Virus record (IMG/VR): IMGVR_UViG_3300033571_009404
Coordinates: 186,001 to 250,000 of that record
DNA: 64,000 nucleotides
Strand: one strand, 5' to 3'
Made by a program: the position numbers and the translations under genes. Shown one piece after another: positions 1 to 10,690 of this stretch. The stretch's first letter is position 1; each line of letters opens with the position of its first letter. The notes under the pieces are model-generated. The model ran no database searches and was not told the DNA's origin. It worked only from the letters and a program-made list of their open reading frames with translations.

Positions 1-698
1 GGATAGACTTTTTCCTTGGTCAGCAGACGACCATCGATCGGGGTGTTCGACAGCAGCGTCGGAGCGTAGATACGCAGTGCGCTGTTGTTACCCCAGTCAC
101 CGAAGGACGAGATCTCAGCGTCGTGCAGCGGGTAACGCTTGGACTGAGTACCTGCGGTGGTGTCAACTTGATCACCGTCGATAATGGCGCCCTGACCGAA
201 GGTCGAGTTACCATCTTCATCGAGGGGGATTTCCACGCCGATGAACTTGACCGAGTAACCAGCCACAGTCGGAGTGGCGGTCGATTTGACCGGATCACCG
301 TTGACGTCTTTCTTGATCGAGCCGTCAGAATTGCGCTCGTAGTTGTCCAGGGTAGTAGCCAGGACGTCAGCGTAGATACGCACCGTTGCCGTCTTGGCAT
401 CAGCAGGTTTCAGACGCTTAATGAAGTGCGTGTTGGCTGCAGCCGAAAGCTTGTTGGACAGCACCGTTTGGTGAGTCGCCCACTTTTGGCGCAGGTCAAA
501 CGAGTCGGATCCATAGACCAGATCGCGGGAGTTACCGACGACCGGGCTTGCAATTTCAGGACCTTTCTTCGTGAAGAGATAAACGAAAGGGAAGTGCTGC
601 GGACGCACTTCTGGCTCGTAGGCCGGAGTCACGGTACTGCTATCTTTGGTACCCAGATTCCGTACCATCGGTGCCGCGTTGATAAATGGAGACGACAT
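1..698 (-). CDS. Tail sheath protein, N-terminal part (phiKZ gp29-like); runs off the left edge
   Basis: Absent from the ORF track because there is no stop in the window. Manual translation from ATG at 698 gives MSSPFINAAPMVRNLGTKDSSTVTPAYEPEVRPQHFPFVYLFTKKGPE..., which resembles the phiKZ sheath N-terminus (xQHxPL..LFT..GP). It is divergent from the gp28-gp25-like genes, as in phiKZ. Confidence 0.85.
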   Translation of the reverse strand, partial: MSSPFINAAPMVRNLGTKDSSTVTPAYEPEVRPQHFPFVYLFTKKGPEIASPVVGNSRDLVYGSDSFDLRQKWATHQTVLSNKLSAAANTHFIKRLKPADAKTATVRIYADVLATTLDNYERNSDGSIKKDVNGDPVKSTATPTVAGYSVKFIGVEIPLDEDGNSTFGQGAIIDGDQVDTTAGTQSKRYPLHDAEISSFGDWGNNSALRIYAPTLLSNTPIDGRLLTKEKVY

Positions 699-874
699 AT
701 CTGTATCCTGACGATGAATGGTATGGTTTCAGAACGATGCCTTGCATCATATTAATTCTAAAATTACTACGGTGCACGAATCATTTGATGATCGTTAATA
801 ATAGGAATTGGTCCTACTATAGAACATAGAATGACCCTTATATCCTACCGTAGTAATCTCAATTAGGACTTGCC

Positions 875-1804
875 ATGTCGATTTTCAAAACTGCGTATGA
901 CACCACTGCCTGCAAAGACATGCAGATTGAAAAGATCCGTAATGGGATCTTGGAAGCTAAAGCACAGTACGAGCTGTATGACGGTGAACTGCCAAACACT
1001 TACCTCGTGAAGAAGAACCGCAATGCGATTGCGACGCTCCCATCTTTCGCACATCCCATGGCGGTACACTTCCGTGGTGATGACAAGGACAGCCTCGTCG
1101 CAGACATTCGGGATCTGGTACGACAGGATCCCCAGACTGCTGACTATAAAATAGTTGAGTCTTCGGACCACACTCTGGCTCTGGCACGCTTGGCATTGAA
1201 TGCCATCTGGTTAACTGAGACGGGCGTTTACGCTTTACGCGACATGCCGATTCTGGCTACTCAGGTGTATGCAGCCTGGGTTTCGCAAACCGTGGGTAAC
1301 CGTCTGGGCTTAGATCCCGGTGAACGTCTGAAGATGGCGATGTACGCTGCTTACTTCTACTCGACGCTGTTTATCGAGAAGAACAAGGAGATGACTTCGC
1401 GTGATACTCTGAAGTTCACCAACGCTTTAACCCAAGCCACCAAATGCTCGTCCAACGATGCCATGGCATTCATCGATGAAGTATCGCAACACCAGATCAA
1501 TAACCTGCATGACTTCTGCCGGATGGCTGAACCCATTGTAGGTACTGTTCGTCTGCGTGAAATGAATGCAGGCTGGTTGATCTCAGTGGTCGGTGGTACC
1601 TGGTGGGGCGCTAATGCTCGTGAACTGACTGCAGTGGCATTGGAACATCCGCCGACTTGGGTGGCTCTGTTGATGATGGCAGTTGGTGCGAAGAAGTACA
1701 AGAACGCCCTGCTGTCGAAGATCGCTGAAGTCTGGGCAAAGGGTCAGTCTGGTACCAACTATATCCATAGCGTGCAGTCCCTGACCAAGACCAGCATCTC
1801 TTAA
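875..1804 (+). CDS. Virion structural protein (phiKZ gp28-like)
   Basis: 309-aa ORF with phage-like codon use; synteny between the sheath and the terminase block. Confidence 0.65.
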   Translation: MSIFKTAYDTTACKDMQIEKIRNGILEAKAQYELYDGELPNTYLVKKNRNAIATLPSFAHPMAVHFRGDDKDSLVADIRDLVRQDPQTADYKIVESSDHTLALARLALNAIWLTETGVYALRDMPILATQVYAAWVSQTVGNRLGLDPGERLKMAMYAAYFYSTLFIEKNKEMTSRDTLKFTNALTQATKCSSNDAMAFIDEVSQHQINNLHDFCRMAEPIVGTVRLREMNAGWLISVVGGTWWGANARELTAVALEHPPTWVALLMMAVGAKKYKNALLSKIAEVWAKGQSGTNYIHSVQSLTKTSIS

Positions 1805-1821
1805 TTGAATTAGGAACGTTC

Positions 1822-4413
1822 ATGACTACCTACAACTATCTGGAAGATCATGCTCGTAAAAACGTCTGGGTCGATCCAGCTGAAGATAAACAGGCCATCG
1901 TTAAGCCTTACAAGTTGACTGGTTATCGTGGTGTCTTGAACTCCCTTAAGATTCAATGGACCACGGTTTCCATGCCGACTAAGGGCGAGCGTTACCATGT
2001 CTATCAGATCGGTCAGGAGTATCCGGAACTGTTGGGGTTCTTCCCCTATAAACAGACCTGGACGAAGATCTCAGACGTGTGCGAGCAAATGAAGATGATC
2101 GTGGATTTGTATTCCACGGCAGGCATTCAGCTTCCTCGTACCTTCAGCTATTATCAGGTGATGGAAAACAAAAACCTGATCATCGCTGTTAAGGAACAAA
2201 CTGGTATTCTGTTTAGTCAGGATACCGAGGACCTGTACATGCGGGTCTATAGCAATGCCTTCTTCGGTAGTAAACGTAGCGATACGTCTGTTGTAGCCAA
2301 CACGGTTCGTGTACATGGCGGTCTGATGGTAACGAATGCTGATATCTTGGCGTTACAGTCCAAGTTCAATAGCTACGCCAGTGGTCCTGGTGTGGCTTAT
2401 GCATTTGTCAATGGCTTTAAGGTTTCTGGCATTGACATGATTACCACCAAGATCGGAGACATCGCTGAAGTTGTCTACGACGCATCCATCTACGCCGTAA
2501 AGGAATGGCAGATTAAAGACCTGCCTACCTTCTTGTCGTCGTTGGATCAGAAACTGAAGTACATGCTGCACTACCCTGGTGCTGGTGAACTCAATATCGA
2601 TTATCAATCGGACATTGATCTGTTCATCTACGCTAAAGACGCCAACGGACGTCACAAGGGTGTGTGGTATAACAAGAACAACACCATCACTGGTGACGCA
2701 ATGCGTAATCTGACACATCGGGATTATTCGATTCCAGTGCAGTATGTGTTGGCTTATGCGGACAGTCGTCCTGAATGGACTCAGCCACAAGAGCTTTACG
2801 TCGCTGCGCACATTCGACACAGTGATGATCCGCGTGCACTGGTCTACAACGCTAACCGCATCCATGAACTGTACAAGTTGACCGATGAGGAAATCGTAGG
2901 TGCTATCACCGGTATTGACTCAACGGTTGATGTCTGGAAAGCAGATGCGCTGGAGTCTTGTGGTTATACCGAACTCATGCGACAAACCTTACTGGGCGTT
3001 ACTTCCCAGTTGGTAGAGAGCGCATACGGCTATAACTCCATCTCGAAGATCTTGGCCGACACACCGAGCTTTACGCAATTGAACTCTGGGCAGAAGATGT
3101 TTACTCTGCCCTACGGTTTGATGTATCGTGCGGTGGGTTATGAGTACGATGTGAATGGCAAGCTCTTGACGTATGCGTCCCACGTCGAAGGTGAAACCTA
3201 CACTGCTCGTAACTTCAATGCTACATTGGTGGAGATGATTGTCGGTAACTACGACACGCTCTTAGATGAGGTTTATGGTGACAAGACGGTTACCTTAGAT
3301 CCCAACGCCAACTATCGCATGTACACCTGCCCTATCCAGAACGGTATTCCAACCAACGTCTGGACAGATGTCACCGGTAGTGCTAAGTACGCCATCGTCA
3401 ATAACAAGTTGACCTGGTTGACCAATAGCGCTAACGAGTACACGCTGGTACGTAGTGACAAGACCTTCTTGGGATATTCCTTAGACTTGCACACCAACAA
3501 CGGCAGTCTTGAGTTTAGCTTGACTCACCAGATGTACCGCAACAACACCATCAGTAACTGGGTGATGCAAATCCCCATGGGTGAACTGACGCTGTGGTTA
3601 AACGGTAAATCACTGATCGAAGGAATTGACTACATCGTTAAATTCCCGCGCATCATGGTGATCAACAAGGAATACCTGATTAATCCGGACAGCGCTACTC
3701 AGCACATCGATGTACGGTTTACTGGTTTCTGCCAGTCTGACCTGACTCGTACTCCGCAAGCCGAATCTGGTTTTGTGATCAATGGTCTGCTGTCTAAGAA
3801 CGGGCGTTTCAACATCCGTGACGATAAGGTGCTGCGCATTGTAGTACGTGGAGCGTTAAAGGATCGTAGTCAGTTGAAGTTTAGTGAAAGTGATTCGGGT
3901 GTTTCCGTCGATGCATTAAACGGTTCTCCCTACCAGATCACTGACATCATTCCTGCATTCCGTGGTTTGACTGAAAAGACGAACTATGAATTAAGGGAAC
4001 CTGCTTTAGTCATCGATAAAGAAATCGAAGACTACCTGACTGCTCGTATTCCTGAACCGCCGAATATCATTCCTAACCCGATCCCTTCCCTGTACCAACT
4101 GTACAGTCCGTTTACCAGTCGGATCATCTCTGACTTGAAGAACGGGTATTTGGAAGACGATCGGATCATCGGTAAGCAATACTCCGATGATGTGGTGCGT
4201 GACATCTGCGCGCCCTATGAAAGCTATTTGGCTTACGACCCGACTCAGGATGACAACTATCCGGATGAGAACTTCACCATCATTCACCCCACGAATTTCT
4301 ACGTGACGGTGGAACTGCAAGCCTTCATGTATGTGTTTATGAAGCGTGTGGTGAAGCTCTATACCAAGGATCGTGTTGACTTGTCCCACTTCGTCCAAAT
4401 CTCTGCAACCTAA
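1822..4413 (+). CDS. Large virion structural protein (phiKZ gp27-like)
   Basis: 863-aa ORF, upstream SD-like AGGAA, beta-rich; synteny. Confidence 0.7.
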   Translation: MTTYNYLEDHARKNVWVDPAEDKQAIVKPYKLTGYRGVLNSLKIQWTTVSMPTKGERYHVYQIGQEYPELLGFFPYKQTWTKISDVCEQMKMIVDLYSTAGIQLPRTFSYYQVMENKNLIIAVKEQTGILFSQDTEDLYMRVYSNAFFGSKRSDTSVVANTVRVHGGLMVTNADILALQSKFNSYASGPGVAYAFVNGFKVSGIDMITTKIGDIAEVVYDASIYAVKEWQIKDLPTFLSSLDQKLKYMLHYPGAGELNIDYQSDIDLFIYAKDANGRHKGVWYNKNNTITGDAMRNLTHRDYSIPVQYVLAYADSRPEWTQPQELYVAAHIRHSDDPRALVYNANRIHELYKLTDEEIVGAITGIDSTVDVWKADALESCGYTELMRQTLLGVTSQLVESAYGYNSISKILADTPSFTQLNSGQKMFTLPYGLMYRAVGYEYDVNGKLLTYASHVEGETYTARNFNATLVEMIVGNYDTLLDEVYGDKTVTLDPNANYRMYTCPIQNGIPTNVWTDVTGSAKYAIVNNKLTWLTNSANEYTLVRSDKTFLGYSLDLHTNNGSLEFSLTHQMYRNNTISNWVMQIPMGELTLWLNGKSLIEGIDYIVKFPRIMVINKEYLINPDSATQHIDVRFTGFCQSDLTRTPQAESGFVINGLLSKNGRFNIRDDKVLRIVVRGALKDRSQLKFSESDSGVSVDALNGSPYQITDIIPAFRGLTEKTNYELREPALVIDKEIEDYLTARIPEPPNIIPNPIPSLYQLYSPFTSRIISDLKNGYLEDDRIIGKQYSDDVVRDICAPYESYLAYDPTQDDNYPDENFTIIHPTNFYVTVELQAFMYVFMKRVVKLYTKDRVDLSHFVQISAT

Positions 4414-4431
4414 AAACTGGAGCAATTATTC

Positions 4432-6111
4432 ATGGCCAACGGAATTACCGGTCTTGACGGCAAATCGCCAGTCTACGAACCAGATCGGAAATGGTCGATC
4501 TGGGAATACAATGAGATCTACTTTGACGGTGGCAATGGGGATAAGAAGTACGTCCCCAATGTCAACGACCTAGTAGTCAACGTCGCTTTGCGCGAGTTCT
4601 GGTATGTTGTCAGTGTGGATGAAACTACACTGAACCCGACTCTGAAACCATGGTCGGCAATGCCCAGTACTGAACTCGACGATATCGACCTGCTCTTGGG
4701 TCCTGACCCGTCGTACTCGCGTGATACCTATCGTGCTTACATCAACACTGCTGTGCTGCCGTACTCGGTGGTGTTGGATGCACGTCTGTACATCAAGGCA
4801 CAAAACGCCACCAAGATCAAGGTCTTCTACAAGAACAAGACCACTGGTAACGAAGAAGTCATCTCGGCTTTCTACGACACCATGGGTAACTTGCTTGGAC
4901 AAGAAGTCCCTCTGGAACTGGTGGCCATGCCTAACGGTCAGAACTACTCGATCAAGCGTCCTCGTACCTTCTACACCAGCCGCAACATCCCATCGGGTGA
5001 AGTACTGACTGTGGTAGCTTACGACGATGAAGATCAGCCGTGCTCGAAGTCTGAAGTCATGGTTGAACAAACTGCAGCGATTCCGGCGCAGGACACTTCT
5101 CTGAAGTACATCCTCGGTATCTCGCTGGAGTCGCCGTTCCTGTCGGAGTCGGATCCATCTGTCATTGAAGTACCGATGAACGTACTGGTGAATAACCTGT
5201 CGTTAATTGGTGTGGTCAATTACAGTAACGGTGACAAACTGCGACTGCCGGTTGACGGTACGAAGTTCAGTATCGCAGGCATTCAAGACCAAGGCTATGT
5301 GGCTACAGTGATTGGTCAAGAATTCCCAATCGTACTGACCTACACTCTGTCTGAAGGTGAAGTCGCTTACGGTATGTCCGTGGGTGAGAACTACGCCTAT
5401 TCGGAAGAGTACAAGGGACGCACGGTAGCTACCGATGGTGTTTACACACCTAAGCTGTATTGCGCGCCTGTCTGGATCGATGAAGTCAACGGCTATCGTC
5501 TGGAGTGGTATCTGTACAACTTGGATCGCGACATTTCGATTCAAGTCACTCCTTACGTGCGTCTGTCGTCGGCTGGCAATAGCTTTAACCCGGTGGGTTA
5601 TGGTAGCCGTCAGACGTTGGTTGCTACGGTCAATCTGAAGGAAGTCAATGGTACCTACAAGGCCATGAACTTTGTTCAGACTGTTGACGTGACTCTTCTG
5701 GGACCTGGTACCCTGCGTACCACCAACTGGACGATCGGTTACTCGCCTAACCAGAACCCGCCATTCGGTCGTGAGAACTACGCTAGCGCGTCGCTCATTA
5801 ACCAGAATCTCTCGAAGGTCAAACTCGACATGGGTGAGACTGACGTGACGAACTGGTTGAACCGACTGTACTACGAATCGCTGCCGCTGTACGACCCGCT
5901 GCGTGAGATTAAGGCCCCGCTGCCTAACTTCTTCTCGCTTACGGTCAATGGTCAGGAAGAACCCTTCCCGATCGATCAGTGGAATTCGGAGTTACAGCTC
6001 AATGGTAGTTTGGTCAACAACGACACATTGATGATCAAGTTCTACAAGGAAATTGACCAGGGCCGTCTGGAACTGGCAATGTGTGGTGTGCCGATTTATC
6101 AGGCTGGCTAA
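4432..6111 (+). CDS. Virion structural protein (phiKZ gp26-like)
   Basis: 559-aa ORF with GGAG SD; directly upstream of terL as in phiKZ-like phages. Confidence 0.7.
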   Translation: MANGITGLDGKSPVYEPDRKWSIWEYNEIYFDGGNGDKKYVPNVNDLVVNVALREFWYVVSVDETTLNPTLKPWSAMPSTELDDIDLLLGPDPSYSRDTYRAYINTAVLPYSVVLDARLYIKAQNATKIKVFYKNKTTGNEEVISAFYDTMGNLLGQEVPLELVAMPNGQNYSIKRPRTFYTSRNIPSGEVLTVVAYDDEDQPCSKSEVMVEQTAAIPAQDTSLKYILGISLESPFLSESDPSVIEVPMNVLVNNLSLIGVVNYSNGDKLRLPVDGTKFSIAGIQDQGYVATVIGQEFPIVLTYTLSEGEVAYGMSVGENYAYSEEYKGRTVATDGVYTPKLYCAPVWIDEVNGYRLEWYLYNLDRDISIQVTPYVRLSSAGNSFNPVGYGSRQTLVATVNLKEVNGTYKAMNFVQTVDVTLLGPGTLRTTNWTIGYSPNQNPPFGRENYASASLINQNLSKVKLDMGETDVTNWLNRLYYESLPLYDPLREIKAPLPNFFSLTVNGQEEPFPIDQWNSELQLNGSLVNNDTLMIKFYKEIDQGRLELAMCGVPIYQAG

Positions 6112-6112
6112 C

Positions 6113-6168
6113 TAGACACTCCTCCCACTACCTTTGGCAAAACCAAGGGTAGTGTGGGGATATGTCTA
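6113..6168 (+). terminator. Long intergenic hairpin ending in TATG
   Basis: TAGACA...CCCACTACC-TTTGGCAAAACCAA-GGGTAGTGTGGG...TGTCTA inverted repeat between the gp26-like stop and terL. Confidence 0.55.
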
Positions 6169-6201
6169 TGACCCTCTTAATTGTTGCAGTAAGGAAAACT
6201 C

Positions 6202-8430
6202 ATGATTCTGTTCAAATCGGATTGGAATGATTATCCTACCGCGATGATTCACCGTAATACACGGAATAAATCATTCGTACGGATAGCCCAACTGTATAAA
6301 CACATGGGGATCAAGAACCATTTGTTCCCTCTGGCTTTAATTAACCCTGAGTTAGAATTCGTTGATCCTCATGATGAGGACTTAAGCGATGAGATGAAGG
6401 GTAAGATCATTTTGGAATGTAAGATCAATCCCTGGTACTTCTTCCGAGAAGTTGCACGAGCACCTGTGAAGGGTTCTCGTACTGGCTCACCCATTCGAGC
6501 TAACCGAGGCAACATGGCGTTGTGGTGGAGTTTCTTTAACCACATCTACATCTTCTTAATTCAACCTCGTCAGACTGGCAAGTCCATGAGTACTGACGCG
6601 TTGATGGAATACCTGCTGCTGATTCAGTGCATGAACACCACGATCAGCTTAACCACCGCTTACAACAAACTGCGTGTGGAAAACGTGGCCCGTATTCGAA
6701 ACATGATGGGTTTACTCCCGCCATGGATGTACTTGAAGGGACCGAAGGATCGTGAAAACTTAGAAGAGATCACCGTGACTCTTCTGAAGAACCACTACAT
6801 CACCTCGGTGGCACAAGCATCTGAGAAAGATGCGCACAACTCTGGTCGTGGTTTAACGCAAGCTATTGCGCAGTTCGATGAATCCCCATTCCAGACGCAC
6901 ATTGAAACTGCTATGAAGGCAGCTATTCCTGCTATGGGTGCGGCAATTGACTCGGCACGTGAAAACGGTACTCCCTATGGGATTATCCACACGACAACGG
7001 CTGGTAAGAAGGATGACCGGGATGGTAAGTACATCTACTCCTTGCTGGAGAAGTCGGCACCTTGGTCTGAGCACTTCTTCGATGCTCCGAATGAAAAGGA
7101 ACTGGAAGTCTTGGTGCGTGCTAACAGCCGTGGTAACGTCTTCCGTATTAACGCTACCTTTAGCCATCGTCAGTTAGGCTTTAGTGATGAATGGCTGGCA
7201 GAAAAGTTAGAGCGAGCTGACCAGGAAGGTGAATCGGCTGACCGAGATTACTTCAACATCTGGACATCTGGTAGTGAAACACTGCCGTTCAGTATTGAGA
7301 TTGCTGAAGCGATTCGTCGTAGTCAACGTGATGTGGAATTCCCTGATATCAGTAAGGAAGGCTACATCCTGCGCTGGTACATCCCTGAGTCTCAAGTGGA
7401 ACAACGCATGAAGAGTAGTAAGTTCTTCATCGGTATGGACCCATCTGACGCAGGTGGTAACGATGATATCTCCTTTGTGCTGGTAGACATCTACACAGGT
7501 GATGTGGTCGCAGCTGGTACGTACAACACGATTAACCTAAACAAGTTCACCACTTGGGTAGGTAACTTCATGATCAAGTACGAGAACACGATCTTCTGCC
7601 CTGAAAACCGTAGTCAAGGTCAGAGCATCATCGATGGTATCTTAGCGATGTTTAGTGCTGCAGGTATTGATCCGTTTAAACGTATCTTTAACTGGGTGGT
7701 GAACAATCAACAAGAATACCCTGATCGGTTCCAAGAGATTAAGTCCACACCACCGTTCCGTCGTACGGACAGCTTCTATGCACACTACAAGAAGCAGTTT
7801 GGCTTTGCGACATCGGGTAGTGGTACGACTTCTCGTACTGAACTGTACGGCACTACCTTACGTCGGGCATTGACATTGACTTGCACCAAGATTCATGACC
7901 GCATGTTAATCGAACAGTTCTTAGGCTTAGTGACTAAGAACGGTCGTATTGACCACGCTGACGGTAGTCACGATGACATGGTCATTGGCTGGTTGATGTG
8001 TATGTACGTATTGATCCACGGTAAGAACTTGGGTTACTACGGCATTGACACTAACCGTATCTTGTCGCAAGCCAAGGAAGTCAAAGAGATGTCTCCGATG
8101 GATCACATCCAGCAAATCGAGCAACAACAACATCGCAACCGCATGGCTGAATTAGAAGACCTGTTGGTCAGGGAAGCTGATGAATTCATGGCGATGAAGT
8201 GGGAACAAGAGCTACGCATGATCTCCAGGAAGATTGAATGGGGAGATGATGAGTTCCATTCGATTGAGCAGATGTTGCTTAACATCAAGGAGAAGAAGAA
8301 AAAGTCCAGTGCAAGTCGACGGCTGGAGAGGAACGTGATTGATAATCGTGGTACGGGCTACAATCCGTACGCTATTGTCCAGAACGGTTTCGGTAGTGTA
8401 GTTTCCCACGGAAACTATCGTCGGTATTAA
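6202..8430 (+). CDS. terL: Terminase large subunit (phiKZ gp25-like)
   Basis: Walker A PRQTGKS, Walker B-like AQFDE, coupling motif TTT, nuclease motifs IGMDPS and HDDMVI; 742 aa. Confidence 0.92.
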   Translation: MILFKSDWNDYPTAMIHRNTRNKSFVRIAQLYKHMGIKNHLFPLALINPELEFVDPHDEDLSDEMKGKIILECKINPWYFFREVARAPVKGSRTGSPIRANRGNMALWWSFFNHIYIFLIQPRQTGKSMSTDALMEYLLLIQCMNTTISLTTAYNKLRVENVARIRNMMGLLPPWMYLKGPKDRENLEEITVTLLKNHYITSVAQASEKDAHNSGRGLTQAIAQFDESPFQTHIETAMKAAIPAMGAAIDSARENGTPYGIIHTTTAGKKDDRDGKYIYSLLEKSAPWSEHFFDAPNEKELEVLVRANSRGNVFRINATFSHRQLGFSDEWLAEKLERADQEGESADRDYFNIWTSGSETLPFSIEIAEAIRRSQRDVEFPDISKEGYILRWYIPESQVEQRMKSSKFFIGMDPSDAGGNDDISFVLVDIYTGDVVAAGTYNTINLNKFTTWVGNFMIKYENTIFCPENRSQGQSIIDGILAMFSAAGIDPFKRIFNWVVNNQQEYPDRFQEIKSTPPFRRTDSFYAHYKKQFGFATSGSGTTSRTELYGTTLRRALTLTCTKIHDRMLIEQFLGLVTKNGRIDHADGSHDDMVIGWLMCMYVLIHGKNLGYYGIDTNRILSQAKEVKEMSPMDHIQQIEQQQHRNRMAELEDLLVREADEFMAMKWEQELRMISRKIEWGDDEFHSIEQMLLNIKEKKKKSSASRRLERNVIDNRGTGYNPYAIVQNGFGSVVSHGNYRRY

Positions 8431-8435
8431 TGACG

Positions 8436-8472
8436 GTCATAAAGCCCCACCCTTTCGGGTGGGGTCTATGAC
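8436..8472. terminator. Bidirectional terminator-like hairpin between convergent genes
   Basis: CCCCACCC-TTTC-GGGTGGGG stem-loop flanked by GTCATA / TATGAC. Confidence 0.75.
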
Positions 8473-8477
8473 GTCTG

Positions 8478-8894
8478 TCATGAAAGACTACCTAGTTGCA
8501 GATTCTCTAAGCGCGTGATGAGTACATCCAAGTATTCCTTAATCGCCTCTGACCTGGAGATACTGCTAGACCAGATAAACCGTTGACGTTGGTAAGGAAC
8601 ACATACATCGAACTCGCAGACTTCGCGTAGAGCCGTTGGAGCATCGGGACTGACAACACCATACAACCGATAACTAATCACATCCTCTGTTGGAATGAAC
8701 CACTTGTCGTACTTCCGACGATTGTGTTCCAGTTTACAAAAGATACGGATTTCATAACCTGACACGGAGTAAGCGGTTAGATCTTCTTCTAGGCTTGGCT
8801 TAGAATGTACTCTTTGCAGAGTAGCATGTCCTTTAAGACTACCAAGATAGCTTAGGATCCAACTGGCGATCCGTTGATACAAACCAGCTATCAT
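8478..8894 (-). CDS. Hypothetical protein
   Basis: 138-aa ORF filling the gap between the terminator and the next gene; no recognisable motif. Confidence 0.55.
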   Translation of the reverse strand: MIAGLYQRIASWILSYLGSLKGHATLQRVHSKPSLEEDLTAYSVSGYEIRIFCKLEHNRRKYDKWFIPTEDVISYRLYGVVSPDAPTALREVCEFDVCVPYQRQRFIWSSSISRSEAIKEYLDVLITRLENLQLGSLS

Positions 8895-8936
8895 GATAAC
8901 TCACCTATGAAAATGATCTCATGATTAGAATGGTTG

Positions 8937-10175
8937 TTACGAGGAATAGTACCTCATCGTGTAGGACCGCAGCACGATGTACAGTAACACACCTGTACGA
9001 ATAGCAGCAATAACGCTAGAGTTTTTGATGTTCGTAGCTTTCCTTACAAGTAGTTCAGTGTCTTCGCGAAGCTTGGACAACCCCACGTCAGTACTGCGGC
9101 TACTCATGTAACCACCCTTAAGAGTCGTCAACATTGAAGTATAGTCAGTCTTGCTGTGGATAGCCTCCCTATGTTTGGACAGATACTCAATGGAGTGCAC
9201 AATTGTTTCTAAGAGCACCCTATCGATAATCTCAGCCCCACGCTGACGGTAGTTATTGCTCATCCATTCTAATGTTTCCTCAAAACCATGTTGCGGCATG
9301 GTATTGGAGATATTAGTGATGATTTTCACCAACTCGACACGGATGAAAGAGTTACGATCAGAGATGACGCCGGAGATGTACCGGTAGTATTCTCCAGCCG
9401 ATTTCTTTTTGTCCTTTAAGATCTGTTCACCGTCATGTTCTACGATGAGAGAGGTGGCGATGATCCGGTTGCCGGAATCACGTACACGGAGATACTCGCT
9501 GTACATGAGGCGCAGCATAGCTCGTATGCGACCTTGGACGTCGTTTAACATCTCGACGATCTTACGGTCGTCGCCACCTGTCTGCACCACTTTCCAGTGA
9601 ATGCTTTGGGAACTGATAATCTCCCTTGCCCGATAAAGGAACAGAGCATGCCAGTTACCCGTCTTCTTGATGAGGAACTTACCGGACAGGGTGCTGTTCA
9701 TGGCCTCCGCAATCGATCTTTGACCAGGGTACTTGAAGTACCGGTAATAGCGACTGGTAAAGAACTTGTATTGCAGGATCTGCATGACCGCGATCATCCC
9801 TGCTTCTTTTTGTTGTGGGTGAAGATCCTTAGAAGTAAAGATCTTGTTAACCAGCCAAACGCATGACAAGTTAAATGTGTCCGAAGACACCACCCAGTCT
9901 TTATTGACCGTAGGCAACGCGAGCAAGCGCTCAGTCAGGTAGACCTCATCATTATCGATGATCTCGTTAAACCAGCGGTCACGTTCATTGTCTGTCCAAC
10001 GCACGACGTTCACACCAAAGAGGTTTCCCCCAAAGAATGCAATGTGTTCGTCGTTCTTGTTGACAAACTGTTGTTCAAAGAGTGTGATGTCTTTGATAAG
10101 TTTGGGACCAATTACTAGATCAGCACAGACTTCATCAAACACACCCTTGACTGATAAATCTAGTCGTTGGTCCAT
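8937..10175 (-). CDS. Conserved phiKZ-like hypothetical protein
   Basis: 412-aa ORF with coherent codon use; the FFGGNLFGVNVVRW segment recalls a conserved phiKZ-family protein near terL; function unknown. Confidence 0.7.
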   Translation of the reverse strand: MDQRLDLSVKGVFDEVCADLVIGPKLIKDITLFEQQFVNKNDEHIAFFGGNLFGVNVVRWTDNERDRWFNEIIDNDEVYLTERLLALPTVNKDWVVSSDTFNLSCVWLVNKIFTSKDLHPQQKEAGMIAVMQILQYKFFTSRYYRYFKYPGQRSIAEAMNSTLSGKFLIKKTGNWHALFLYRAREIISSQSIHWKVVQTGGDDRKIVEMLNDVQGRIRAMLRLMYSEYLRVRDSGNRIIATSLIVEHDGEQILKDKKKSAGEYYRYISGVISDRNSFIRVELVKIITNISNTMPQHGFEETLEWMSNNYRQRGAEIIDRVLLETIVHSIEYLSKHREAIHSKTDYTSMLTTLKGGYMSSRSTDVGLSKLREDTELLVRKATNIKNSSVIAAIRTGVLLYIVLRSYTMRYYSS

Positions 10176-10307
10176 TGGAAAACCTCATGGCATTGGGTCT
10201 ATAACACATGATTTGCTTTTTATGTTGTGTATTGACAAAGAAATACTTGCCTGTTAGCAATACTGCAACATTTCTATTTTGACAATACAAAACCTCACCT
10301 AACCTAT

Positions 10308-10643
10308 TTGCACTTATTTAATCTCAGGGGATTAATCGTGTCGTTTCCTTTAATACAGAAGCTTGATAAGCTAAAAGCCATGATGGCAGAAGGGTCTACT
10401 TCTTCGTCATGCGATTTAGTCAATGATCCCAAAGTCATGCTCAAGATGAATGATAACATGCTTGACTTGTTGGAAGAGATCGTTGATGCTGCAGGCAACG
10501 AGTTTGGCCACAACGTACCCAGTCCTCGCATTGCCGATACCATGGCTTCGCGTGGTTATCCAGTACGCTTAAAAACATCAGAAAATGTGGCTGGACGTAT
10601 CCCTACTATTTTCACTCCCATGGGGATGATTAGCTACCGCTAA
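10308..10643 (+). CDS. Hypothetical protein (real start possibly ATG near 10380)
   Basis: 111-aa ORF followed by a terminator hairpin. Confidence 0.55.
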   Translation: MHLFNLRGLIVSFPLIQKLDKLKAMMAEGSTSSSCDLVNDPKVMLKMNDNMLDLLEEIVDAAGNEFGHNVPSPRIADTMASRGYPVRLKTSENVAGRIPTIFTPMGMISYR

Positions 10644-10645
10644 GG

Positions 10646-10682
10646 GCATAGGTAGGAGGGATCACCCTCCTACCATTTATGC
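10646..10682. terminator. Bidirectional terminator-like hairpin
   Basis: GGTAGGAGGG-ATCA-CCCTCCTACC, flanked by GCATA / TATGC, between convergent ORFs. Confidence 0.75.
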
Positions 10683-10690
10683 TGTCAGTT

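Noticed and set aside
123-755. 210-aa + strand ORF in the track
   Set aside because: Antisense to the tail sheath gene, which the track missed because it runs off the window edge.
10232-10307. Two TTGACA hexamers suggesting sigma70 promoters
   Set aside because: The -10 boxes at 17-18 bp are poor (TAGCAA, ACCTAT), and phiKZ-like phages rely on their own RNAPs.
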